A DNA stretch of 64,000 nt, taken from positions 1,216,001-1,280,000 of the forward strand of contig CATQHZ020000001.1 in assembly GCA_958296135.2 (NCBI GenBank), given 5' to 3'. A model generated the notes under the pieces. That model worked only from the letters and a program-made list of their open reading frames with translations, made no database searches and was not told the DNA's origin. The translations under genes and the position numbers were made by a program. Shown here piece by piece: positions 39,996-49,164 of the stretch. Positions within the stretch are counted from its first letter, which is position 1. Every line of letters begins with the position of its first letter. Origin of the DNA: an uncultured Poribacteria bacterium (GTDB lineage Bacteria > Poribacteria > WGA-4E > WGA-3G).

Positions 39996-41069
39996 TCAAT
40001 TGCCGAACATCTTCGCGGCGAATGCTTCGACATCAACGCGCGCGTGCGTTCGCGCCGATTCGTTGCATGCCTCCATCAGCACCCAGGTGCCGAGCGTTGT
40101 CTCCTGCATCCACTCCCGGTCGGTGCCGGTTGCTATTGCATCGGCGAATGCGTCAAATTGCAGCCTGTCGTCCTCAATGAGCCCGGCGTGCAGGTCCTGC
40201 AGGTTTACGTTTTCAACGCACGTCCCCGTTCGGAAGAGTTGTAGGTGTCCGGCATCTCGGCGCAGGTCTGCATTTTCGCCGTGGAATGTCCAATGTCCGC
40301 TCCAGCCGAAGGGAGATGCATGTCCTGCGCGCGTGCCGGCATAAGAGAACGGTGCGCCGTTGGCATACTCCATGAGCGCGTTGCCGCCGGCTGTTCCCCA
40401 TGCTTCAATCTGGCCGAGTTCCGGGTCGCGCCGGTTGTGTATGTGCGCCGTAACATACTTCGGCAATCCCTTCGCGGCGACGAGCTGGTCCAATTGGTGA
40501 CTCGTGCCTGCGTGGAAGAAGAGTCCGTCGAGGTATGCATCGGGCTGTCGGGAGTCGGGGCCGGTGAACAGATTCTGGCGGATCCAGAATCGGCATTCGC
40601 CAGCTAACATTTCGCCGATGCCGTCTTCTTCGCGGAGCCATTCGCGCATTTTCGCCGCGGCGGGGTTCCACCGCTTGTTTTGTCCTTGCACGAGCATGAG
40701 TTCCGGGTTCGCCTTGTGTGCCTGAATAATCTCTCGGAATTCTGTCTGTGTCGTCGCAATCGGTTTGACACAGAGGGTGTGCATGCCGAGGTTCAGGCTT
40801 TCAATGATGAGTTTGGCGTGCGCCGTTGTTGAGGCGTAAATAAGGCATGCTTGCGCGTCATGTTTCTCTTTCGCTTCGGTAATCGTGGTATAGATGCGCT
40901 CGGCGAGGTTCTCGGGGACATCGCCTTGAAGGTTTGCTACGCCTGCGCGCGCCGCCTCAAGGTTGATGTCTACGCATGCGACAGGTGTTAATCCGTTTGC
41001 GTTTATCTGTGCCTGCAGGCGGCCGTGCGCGAAATGGGTGCATCCGACGTGGATAGTGCGGATAGGCAT
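39996..41069 (-). CDS. Gfo/Idh/MocA family oxidoreductase (divergent)
   Basis: IHVGC, LCVKP, GQNKRW, SHQLD. Confidence 0.75.
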   Translation of the reverse strand: MPIRTIHVGCTHFAHGRLQAQINANGLTPVACVDINLEAARAGVANLQGDVPENLAERIYTTITEAKEKHDAQACLIYASTTAHAKLIIESLNLGMHTLCVKPIATTQTEFREIIQAHKANPELMLVQGQNKRWNPAAAKMREWLREEDGIGEMLAGECRFWIRQNLFTGPDSRQPDAYLDGLFFHAGTSHQLDQLVAAKGLPKYVTAHIHNRRDPELGQIEAWGTAGGNALMEYANGAPFSYAGTRAGHASPFGWSGHWTFHGENADLRRDAGHLQLFRTGTCVENVNLQDLHAGLIEDDRLQFDAFADAIATGTDREWMQETTLGTWVLMEACNESARTHARVDVEAFAAKMFGN

Positions 41070-41133
41070 GTTTGAGTCTCCTTATCGGGCGGATCTGATG
41101 GCTGCTCTTACTATTGGTTGAGGCGTTGCGAAG

Positions 41134-41226
41134 GACAGTGGACATCTCTGCAGCGCGACTGCAGAGATGCCAACGTTAAAGGTAGCACGTTTGCTGTAGG
41201 CGTGCCCGTGGCGGCTCTCGCGCTAC
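41134..41226. repeat. ~95-115 bp composite repeat, also at 48047-48163 and partly at 25015-25040
   Basis: GACAGTGGACATCTCTGCAGCG..CTGCAGAGATG.CAACGTTAAAGGTAG...CTGTAGGCGTG.CCGTG...CGCGCTAC. Confidence 0.75.
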
Positions 41227-42392
41227 GCTCTGGGCCCGGTGACTTCAACCGTCGGTGGGTTGATGAAATCGTGATATTTCTGCGCCACTTTCCCGACGGT
41301 TGCGTCGCCTGCATGAATCAGCACGCGGAAACGGAAGTGCATCTCCTCGCCTTGCTTCAAGGTGTAGGAACCGTCTTTGGATTTATCCCCCTCAAAGGTG
41401 CCGCCGCCAAAGATGTTGCTACCCATCAGCCCGTAGTTGCGGACGTGCCAGTACGTCGGATACCGCGGGTTGACGAGATGGTCGAACACGGCGATGCCGA
41501 CAGGGGTGCCATCAACTACGCCGGAATAATCGCACCAGTGGGCGCGCTTGCCCCAGGTTTCACCTTCGTTGATGCCGCCGAACGCGTTCTCTATCTTCCC
41601 GCTATCAGAGGCGTTCATTGACGGATGCACGCGGATGGACATGATGCCCCCCTCTTTGGTATCGCCAAAATGGACATCTCCGATGGAGGCGATGAAGGTT
41701 AAATCCAGATCGAGCAGCGCGGCATCTTCCGGCAAATTGTAGATGCGGAAGTTCTGCTTATCCGCCATCAGGATGTCACCTTCGCGCGTCTCCCAGGTGT
41801 TGTCAGTATAAAGCCTGCCGACGACAGAACCGCCGTGCTTTTCGGTAAATCCTTGGTGGACGACCCGGCCGGAGTTGCTGCCTTCCCCCCAGAGATCTAC
41901 GTCATTGACTTCGCCGTAGGCGACATAGAGGGAGCGGTGATGCACGTGGTCCTTCGAGATGTCGCTCGTTTCACCGCGTGTCACTTCGCGTCCTTCGGGC
42001 CCCAAAACTGGGAAGAAATAGGGGCGAAACTGCGCCTTGCCGTATCGGAAGGTTGTGAAAGGTCTGCTGTTGAGCGCGACCTCGATTGTCTCCGCCTCGT
42101 CCTTTAATTGAACGCCAGCATCTTCTGCAACGGTTCCCTCCGAGAGGGTATAAGTGCGCGAGGTGCCGGCGGCGAGGCCATTGAGTATCCATGTTAAGGT
42201 GGTATCGGTGCCATTGTCGCTGGCGTAGCACTGTGCTGCGATGACATCGCCGCTCTCTGCATCGGTTAGGACAACCTCGCGGTTTGCGAATTGGCTGATG
42301 CCGGGATGGCTGACAGTGACGTTAACGGGGCATCCATCCCTGTCGTGGAAGCCCGCGTTCACGGTGAGTGTCGGGCTATTCTGATGTGCCAT
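41223..42392 (-). CDS. DUF6807 ('PmoA family') protein
   Basis: RPYFFPV, DHVHHRSL, FGDTKEGG, WHVRNYG. Confidence 0.75.
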   Translation of the reverse strand: MAHQNSPTLTVNAGFHDRDGCPVNVTVSHPGISQFANREVVLTDAESGDVIAAQCYASDNGTDTTLTWILNGLAAGTSRTYTLSEGTVAEDAGVQLKDEAETIEVALNSRPFTTFRYGKAQFRPYFFPVLGPEGREVTRGETSDISKDHVHHRSLYVAYGEVNDVDLWGEGSNSGRVVHQGFTEKHGGSVVGRLYTDNTWETREGDILMADKQNFRIYNLPEDAALLDLDLTFIASIGDVHFGDTKEGGIMSIRVHPSMNASDSGKIENAFGGINEGETWGKRAHWCDYSGVVDGTPVGIAVFDHLVNPRYPTYWHVRNYGLMGSNIFGGGTFEGDKSKDGSYTLKQGEEMHFRFRVLIHAGDATVGKVAQKYHDFINPPTVEVTGPRA

Positions 42393-42519
42393 AAATCTCC
42401 TTTTCCACATTACCGTAGGGCGAGGGGACGTTTCTTCGTCTGGCCCTCGCCGTGCGACGATTTGGAAACGCGGGAGGCGCGAATGCGTGTTCGCGTCTAC
42501 CCGAATCAGTCGGGAGTTT

Positions 42520-42870
42520 TTAACTATCCGCAGTCATCGCGACGATCGCTTCATCCTCGGTCTCGTATGTCTCGAAGACAGTCATCAGCCGTCCGAGGAC
42601 GAGGAGGTTTCTGATGTGCGCGCCGGCGTTGACGAGTGCTGTGCGCCCACCTTTGCGGGAGGTAGTGACGTGCGCGGAGACCAGGGTGCCGAGCCCGCTA
42701 CTATCCATCCGGGTGACAGCCTCCAGGTTAAAGAGGACCTTGGGTGATTCAAAGTGTTCCTCGAGTTCCTCGCTAATTTGCTGTCGGAGTTCAGCGTTTG
42801 CTGCCCCGATCATGCGTCCGGTGGGTCGAATGACAATGATGCCTTCTCTTTGACGTATTTCAGCTAACAT
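42520..42870 (-). CDS. STAS-domain anti-sigma factor antagonist
   Basis: MDSSGLGTLV phosphorylation motif; promoter TTGACA-17-TAAAAT at ~42989-42961. Confidence 0.88.
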   Translation of the reverse strand: MLAEIRQREGIIVIRPTGRMIGAANAELRQQISEELEEHFESPKVLFNLEAVTRMDSSGLGTLVSAHVTTSRKGGRTALVNAGAHIRNLLVLGRLMTVFETYETEDEAIVAMTADS

Positions 42871-43187
42871 TTTTCTTCCTTTCGTGTTAACGCAATGTGA
42901 GTTTGCGTAAGTCCTGAAAATTAAAAGGTTACGATAAGGTTTGTGAAAAAACCTATTTTTATTTTATATGATTTCTATATTTTTGTCAACATGAGAGTTG
43001 TTTCATTTTAGTACGATTCAGTTTTCACAATTTATCGCCTCTTTGTAGGTGAAGTTCTCCCGATTTTGACCTGGTTGATTCGGGTTGTTTCCCAAACCGC
43101 GTGTCTTTCTGGTAGGGTGAGGGCTTGTCCCTCGCCGTGCGATGGGCGGTTGCGGGGGACAGGCCCCCGCGCTACGTTCCAAGGAGA

Positions 43188-43949
43188 TTATGGCATCAGT
43201 ATTGCGCGAACTGTCTGTCGGATTTCGGTGCAGATTCGCATTGCGTGCTCAGCGTCAGTGGCAGTCGCGAAATAGCCGGGGTACCGAGAGTCCACGGCGT
43301 GTTTGGTAAACTGTGAAAAGTCGTCGCGCCATCTGTTCCACGCGGGAAGCACCGGCACAATCAAATCCAGCAATTCCTCCAAATTGTGCGTCCTCGGCAC
43401 TGGGCGGTTTGTCTCTTGCAACCACGCCTTGAGGTACTTTTCTATTGTCTGTTGTGCGTGGAAGCAAATGTTGTCGTAGTTCGGTTTCGGTGCTTGCTGA
43501 AGCCATTTTGCGTCGGCATAATCGCCTTCGGCTTTCTCTATATACTCAAGTGTCAACGGGTTCACGAATGCCGTCTCCTTATCGTGCAATTGGCTTATTT
43601 CCCGCGTTGTTTCCAAGAAATCCTTGAGGTGGCCCCCGGATTCATAAAGCACGTTTCCTTTTTCAAGGATTTCGCGCAGAAACCAATCGTTATATGAGAT
43701 GCGATAGGCGATTTCCTCGGGTGAACGAACGTGCAAGTCCATGCGGAATCGGCGTGGGACCCGTCGTTGAATCTCCAATTTCTGCTGGTGCGTCTCCGAT
43801 TTCGGAATCGGCATGACTACCAGCAGATCGACATCGGAGTGTTCTGTCGGCGTTCCGTAGGCATAGGAGCCGAAGAGGATAATTTGGAGCGGTGCGAATT
43901 CGCGCACGATGTCATCACAAGTGGCTTGAATGTCAGTTAGGGGTATCAT
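43188..43949 (-). CDS. fused minimal nucleotidyltransferase (MNT) and HEPN domain protein
   Basis: LFGSYAYG...SDVDL; then KAEGDY...CFHAQQTIEKYLKA...PRTHNL...SRYPG. Confidence 0.85.
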   Translation of the reverse strand: MIPLTDIQATCDDIVREFAPLQIILFGSYAYGTPTEHSDVDLLVVMPIPKSETHQQKLEIQRRVPRRFRMDLHVRSPEEIAYRISYNDWFLREILEKGNVLYESGGHLKDFLETTREISQLHDKETAFVNPLTLEYIEKAEGDYADAKWLQQAPKPNYDNICFHAQQTIEKYLKAWLQETNRPVPRTHNLEELLDLIVPVLPAWNRWRDDFSQFTKHAVDSRYPGYFATATDAEHAMRICTEIRQTVRAILMP

Positions 43950-43973
43950 GTTCTGTTCCTCCTTTTTTGTAGT

Positions 43974-44639
43974 CTAGCATGGAGGCGCGACAAATGTCAA
44001 CCGCTTAGTTATTGGCTCTGGCGATATTCGACTAATGCTGACCTGCCGGTAATTGCGACGATGCGCGCCATCAATTTCAGTGCTTAACAGCGGTTTCCAG
44101 AGTGCTTCATTTAAAGTTCCGAATCCGGTTTCTGGGACCGGTTGTTTGTCAAACCAGAGGAAGCGTGCCTGTCCGCGTCGCTGTGCCAAACGGAGTTGCT
44201 CGTCGCGTGGCATCTTGCGCTTTGTGCTTCCGACGCGGAGATAACTGCCGCCCGGGCTTTCGTGCACGTCGGATCCTTGCGGGACTGCAACGAGGAGGAA
44301 CGGTTTGCCTGCCTCTACTTCTCTGCGAAGGATAGTGGGACGAATCGGCGGTTTAATCGCGTCGGTGCAGAGCTCCACCAATATTCGCTCAAGTGCGTCC
44401 ATCTGCTCGCGCGACATGCCTTGGACTTCGCCGCTGTCGGTTACGCCGCAAAGTACGGTGCCGCCCTCTGTATTCGCAAAAGCGGCGCATTCGTCTGCGA
44501 GTTGATCGCGACGAGGGCTCTTGGGAACGTTGCCTGCGAATTCGATTTGCTTGAATTCCCAGTAGTTGTCCTCGCCGAGGCGCAATTGGCGGCGGAGCTC
44601 TTCGTTACTGAATTTTTGTGCGGTTGCAGTGTTCATCAT
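43974..44639 (-). pseudogene. AlbA_2/Schlafen DNA-binding domain protein, C-terminally truncated
   Basis: GEDNYWEFK, AAFANTEGG...GVTD, YLRVGS; similarity stops after LWKPLLSTE. Confidence 0.7.
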
Positions 44640-44761
44640 TCAAGGCAGAAGCATTTAGTTTTTGGGGCGAACGCCATTTTTTTCGGTAGGAAGGACCTCC
44701 TGGTCCCGAATCTGAAGCATCGAGACGCGGGAGGGCTCTCCTACCGATGAGGCAAAGCTGC

Positions 44762-46219
44762 TCAACGGCCTGCAGATGGCGGTGGCGGCCAATGAAGCCC
44801 GCGCTGTCCCGATAACGCGCGGTTGGGAGAGGGACGATAGGCTCTGTCGGGTAAACCAACGAGGGCACCGTCTTGCACCCAGTTTTCATCGCCGCCGTAG
44901 AGCTCACCGATGAGATGGTTCGTCAAGCGTTCAACGGTGTCGGCGTGCGCAGGTGAACTAGCGAGGTTATGCAATTCCCTCGGGTCTTCTTGCAAATCGA
45001 AAAGTTGCAGGTAGTTGCCGGTGGCGTAGTAGATGAGTTTGAAGCGGCCGTCGTGAATCATGCGCGTCGCGTTCGCGCCTTCGCTACATTCGCCGTATAG
45101 CCATTCCCGTTTTTCGTCGCCTACCATGGGGATGCCTACGACCGTTTCTGGGATGTCAATCCCGGCGAGGTGGAGGAGCGTGGGCATCACGTCTTGCCAC
45201 CCGACGAGTCTGTCATCAACGCGGTGATGCCCGACGCGTTCATCGCCAGCGGTGCCGACGAGGAGCATCGGGACGTTGGCGGAGTCTTCGTAAAAGAGCC
45301 GTTTCGCCCACAACTGATGGTTGCCGAGCATGTCACCGTGGTCGGATGTGAAGAGGATAAGCGTGTTGTTGAGCATGCCTTCTTCGCGCAGTGTGCCGAT
45401 GACGACGCGCAACTGATGATCGATGTGTGTGCAAAGTGCATAAAAGGCTTGGCGCGCAGACCTCACCAGGTCTTCGGTGAAATGTGCGTCTTGCAGCTGA
45501 CGCGTTTTTAACGGCCACGGCAAATTTTGGGTATCGGCTGCCCATTCGCCGCAATACGGTATGTCCACGCCGGTATCGCGATACATGTCCATGTAGCAAT
45601 GCAGCGGTGCCAAGGGGGGATGCGGGTGGCAGTAGGAGAGATACCAGAACCCTGGCCGAGTTGGGTCGCGGCGTTTGAGCATGCGCACCATTTGTTGCGT
45701 GCTCCAGTTGGTGACGTGGCAGTCTTCGGGGAGGTGCCAGGGGCGGTTGAGGTAATCGTTGTTGCACATGCCGCTGGCGAATTGCTGGCCTGCGTAGCCC
45801 CGGTCGCCGAGGAACAATTCGTAGTCGTCAACTACGCCGTGTTGCAGTCTGCCTTCTTCGCCGAGGATGACATCGTCAAATCCGATGCGGTTGCGCTGCG
45901 GATGGACGTGCAGTTTGCCGACAGCGTAGGCTTGATACCCGGTTTCCCGAAAAGTCTGTGCGATTGTCGGGAGGCCGTTTAGTCCTTGTCTGTCGTTGAA
46001 AACCCGGTCTTTGTGGGTGCGCGGCGGCGTGCCGGTCATGAGGGTTTTGCGCGCGGGGACGCAGACCGGGCATTCGCTGTAGCCGCGCGTGAAACGTGTG
46101 CCGGCACGCGCGAGCGCGTCTAACGTCGGCGTTTGGATCTTCGGGTGCCCGCTGACTCCCAAGAGGGAGTTGGGCCAGTGGTCTGTGGTGATGAGCAGGA
46201 CGTGCGGTTTTTGGTTCAT
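44762..46219 (-). CDS. sulfatase
   Basis: PHVLLITTDH, CVPAR (CxPxR), GKLH, HPHPP, TSDHG. Confidence 0.9.
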   Translation of the reverse strand: MNQKPHVLLITTDHWPNSLLGVSGHPKIQTPTLDALARAGTRFTRGYSECPVCVPARKTLMTGTPPRTHKDRVFNDRQGLNGLPTIAQTFRETGYQAYAVGKLHVHPQRNRIGFDDVILGEEGRLQHGVVDDYELFLGDRGYAGQQFASGMCNNDYLNRPWHLPEDCHVTNWSTQQMVRMLKRRDPTRPGFWYLSYCHPHPPLAPLHCYMDMYRDTGVDIPYCGEWAADTQNLPWPLKTRQLQDAHFTEDLVRSARQAFYALCTHIDHQLRVVIGTLREEGMLNNTLILFTSDHGDMLGNHQLWAKRLFYEDSANVPMLLVGTAGDERVGHHRVDDRLVGWQDVMPTLLHLAGIDIPETVVGIPMVGDEKREWLYGECSEGANATRMIHDGRFKLIYYATGNYLQLFDLQEDPRELHNLASSPAHADTVERLTNHLIGELYGGDENWVQDGALVGLPDRAYRPSPNRALSGQRGLHWPPPPSAGR

Positions 46220-46429
46220 GGGTATTCCTCTTTTGGGCGGCAGCGATGATGTGTCTCTGTCAAACCTGCCATCGTTGCTATTCGGCTATTACTGGTGCAT
46301 AACCTTTTAAGAAGTCGCCGGAGCCGTGTGACGCTCGGGTCTTCGCAAAGGTGAAGGTTTATGCATATTTTTTTGCGATACCTTACGCGTTGGATTGCGG
46401 GATTGTGTCGCGCGCAGCTATTTGTTTTA

Positions 46430-46458
46430 AGGATACCACAAACGGGGGATTTTGTCAA
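46430..46458 (-). promoter_or_regulatory. sigma70 promoter
   Basis: TTGACA-17 bp-TATCCT with TGTGG extended -10, minus strand. Confidence 0.6.
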
Positions 46459-46479
46459 ATTTTTGGGGGTTATCTCTTT

Positions 46480-46845
46480 CGTAGGGCGGGCATCGAGACG
46501 CGGGAGGGCTCTCCTACCGGTGGACAGGTTTTCCCTCGCGCTACGGGGAAAATGCTCCTTCGTCCGTAGGGCGAGGTCCTGTGCCTCGCCATGCACCGAT
46601 CGCGGTGGACAGGTTTTCTCTCGCGCTACGGGGCCGCGGAGGGTTTTTGCCGCGCGGGAGGGATCGCGAGGGACAGGCCCTCGCGCTACGGGGCCGCGGA
46701 CGTTTTCGCCGCATGAGAGAGATCGCGAGGGAGGAGGTCAGCCTGCTTATGCGGGGCAACGCAGGCTGTCTTCCATGTAGGCGTGACGGCCCTCGCGCTA
46801 CGGTGAAAAGGGGCCGTTTGGGAACGCGAGGGACAGGTTGTCGCT
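46480..46845. repeat. dense REP cluster (families 1 and 2)
   Basis: Multiple GCGAGGGACAGGCCCTCGCGCTAC variants. Confidence 0.8.
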
Positions 46846-46861
46846 TTAAGGAAAATGAGCT

Positions 46862-48022
46862 TTATATGGACATGACCGGGGTATTTGTCAAATAGGGGGA
46901 TTGAAACCGGGTCATTTCGCCGGCTTTGAGGCCCGGCACGGGGAAGAGGCGAACGGATAGGGGTTTTGAAAGGCGCAGGGAGAGCACGGCTACGTCTGTC
47001 AGGATGGCGGTGATTTGGGCTGTGGATGCATCGCCGGGGATTGGGATTGTGTCTAATCCGGTGCCGCAGACAGCGGAGTAGAGGAGGAGGCTATCTAAGT
47101 TGAAACAACCGGCTTGGCTTCGCTGTCCTAAGCCGATGTCTTCAAGCACAGGGAGCATGAGTCCGGAATAGCCGCATAACGGCAGATGGAGTTCGCGGAG
47201 GGTGCGCGTCAAGTTTGCACAGGCGGTTAAGGTGCCGCGTTCGCCGAAGTGTCCGGGGAGTTGTGGTTCTATGGCGTAGGCGATGCTTTCGTCGCCCATG
47301 GGCGCGGGCGATACGTCTATGCCGACGAAGGGGATGTGGTGTTCTTGTGCGAGGGTTTGTGCGAGGGCGACAATCTGCTGTCCTTCTGCTTCCATGCGGG
47401 TTTTGAGGTGCTGTAGCGCGGTGTTTAAGTCAGGTGCGTCTTTGAAGGTTTGATGCACCAGGTCAGCGGCTTGCCATCCGATGCCGAAGTTGATGCGGGT
47501 GTCTTGCCAATAGGCGGCGGGGAAGAAGGGGGTGTTCGGCGGGCAGTTCATTAGGGCGGCGAAGCGGAGGTTGCCGTAGCCTTCTTCGGTTTGGTGCGCT
47601 ATCTGCTGTATGATTTGGGCGGTAGTCTCGGCGGTATGCCACGCCACATCACCGGTATGTGTTGTGAGTGTGACGGAGGCGAAGAGGGTTTGGCTTGCGG
47701 CAATGATATGGGCAAGAGAGTCAAGCGGTTTTTGTTGGTTTGCGTGCGTTCCCGGCGCGCCTACGGGATGGGATGCATCTGGGAAGATTGTGCCGAGGCT
47801 GAGGAATTCGATGCCTAACGCTTTTGTTTTTTGTTCTAAGGCGAGGAGTGCGTCTACGTCTGGGGCATCGTCCCAAACTTGACAGCTCAATCGGGTTGAT
47901 TGCACTTGATAGCCGTTTGCCTCAAAACGGGTGCGGCAGGCCTGGTTGAATTCGGCGGCGCGCTGGAGGGAGTCATGTGAGAAGGGCGATGGGATGCCGG
48001 TAGTGATGGTTCGGATTTTCAT
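46862..48022 (-). CDS. DUF711 family protein
   Basis: MKIRTITTG, PFFPAAY, GIDVSPAP, GYSGLMLPVLED, CGTGLDTIP. Confidence 0.85.
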   Translation of the reverse strand: MKIRTITTGIPSPFSHDSLQRAAEFNQACRTRFEANGYQVQSTRLSCQVWDDAPDVDALLALEQKTKALGIEFLSLGTIFPDASHPVGAPGTHANQQKPLDSLAHIIAASQTLFASVTLTTHTGDVAWHTAETTAQIIQQIAHQTEEGYGNLRFAALMNCPPNTPFFPAAYWQDTRINFGIGWQAADLVHQTFKDAPDLNTALQHLKTRMEAEGQQIVALAQTLAQEHHIPFVGIDVSPAPMGDESIAYAIEPQLPGHFGERGTLTACANLTRTLRELHLPLCGYSGLMLPVLEDIGLGQRSQAGCFNLDSLLLYSAVCGTGLDTIPIPGDASTAQITAILTDVAVLSLRLSKPLSVRLFPVPGLKAGEMTRFQSPYLTNTPVMSI

Positions 48023-48159
48023 GTTTGATGTCGAGAGGTCGCGGGGGACAGTGGACATCTCTGCAGCGAGGCTGCAGAGATGACAACGTTAAAGGTAGTT
48101 TGCTTTTGCGAGGCAAAACAAACACGTTTTCTGTAGGCGTGACCGTGACTGCCCGCGCG

Positions 48160-49137
48160 CTACGTTTTGTCCCGGTCTTCGCCGTAAAGTCCGATGTGTC
48201 GGTAGCGTTCGTATCGTTGCTGGACGAGTTGTTGTGGTGTCAACTGCATGAGTTCGGCGAGGTGTTTTCGCATTGCGCGTTTGACGTTCTGTGCGGCGGC
48301 GTTGGTGTCGCGGTGTGCGCCGCCGAGGGGTTCACGGATGACCTGGTCGATAATGCCGAGTTTGAGCAGGTCTGGGGCAGTGGGTTTATAGCCTTCAGTG
48401 GCTTCTGGGGCGTGTTCGCCTTTGTCCTTCCAGACGATGCCGCTGCATGCTTCGGGTGGTGCGACACAGTAGACAGCGTATTCCATCATGAGTACGCGAT
48501 TGCCGAGGGCTATGGCGAGTGCGCCGCCGCTGCCGCCTTCGCCGATGATAACGACGAGTATGGGGGCGCGCAGCTGCATCATTTCTGCGAGGTTTTCGGC
48601 AATGGCCATGGCTTGTCCGTATTCTTCGGACCGGAGGTCGAAGTGCGCGCCGGGTGTATCGACAAAGCAGAGTAGGGGCCGGTTAAACTTATGGGCTATC
48701 TGCATAAGCCGCCGCGCTTTGCGGTAGCCTTCCGGGTGGGTGTAGCCGAAGTTCATTTCCTGCCGTTCTTGGAGGTTTGTGCCTTTCTGCTGCGCGAGGT
48801 AGACGATGGGTTGTCCCTCGAACCACGCGAGTCCGCCGATGAGGGCTCTATCATCGCCGTATAATTTATCGCTGTGGAGTTCGATCGGTTCTTCCAAGAG
48901 CGCGTCGATGTAGACGGAGGCTTGGGGCCGCTGTGCGTGCCGTGCCAGCCGCACCTTATCCCATCGGGTGAGTGTTTGGAACGTCTGCTTTGTGAGCGTG
49001 TCAACGTTCTGTTTGAGGGCACCAATTCCTTCGGTGAGATCCAACGTCGGATGGTTCTGCGCGAAGAGCTCTAGCTGCGTGAGGTGGTGTTCCAGCTCGA
49101 TGAGTGGTTTTTCAAATTCTAATTCTGTTGCGTTCAT
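48160..49137 (-). CDS. accA: acetyl-CoA carboxylase carboxyltransferase subunit alpha
   Basis: LEFEKP, PEGYRKA, DTPGA, GEGGSGGALA, EPLGGAH. Confidence 0.95.
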   Translation of the reverse strand: MNATELEFEKPLIELEHHLTQLELFAQNHPTLDLTEGIGALKQNVDTLTKQTFQTLTRWDKVRLARHAQRPQASVYIDALLEEPIELHSDKLYGDDRALIGGLAWFEGQPIVYLAQQKGTNLQERQEMNFGYTHPEGYRKARRLMQIAHKFNRPLLCFVDTPGAHFDLRSEEYGQAMAIAENLAEMMQLRAPILVVIIGEGGSGGALAIALGNRVLMMEYAVYCVAPPEACSGIVWKDKGEHAPEATEGYKPTAPDLLKLGIIDQVIREPLGGAHRDTNAAAQNVKRAMRKHLAELMQLTPQQLVQQRYERYRHIGLYGEDRDKT

Positions 49138-49164
49138 GGTGTTTATCCTTAGTGAAGGGCGTTT

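Noticed and set aside
41223-42392. Methane monooxygenase (from the 'PmoA family' label)
   Set aside because: The protein is soluble and DUF6807-like, with no TM helices and no pmoB/pmoC neighbours.
46296-46365. SRP RNA or known riboswitch
   Set aside because: It lacks the SRP GGAA tetraloop/AGCAG motif and any aptamer consensus I recognise; kept only as an unknown hairpin.
46216-46895. Short ORFs across REP clusters (also 24863-25087, 25846-26130, 35592-35867, 52760-53020)
   Set aside because: They are translations of repeat DNA with no RBS or domain signal.
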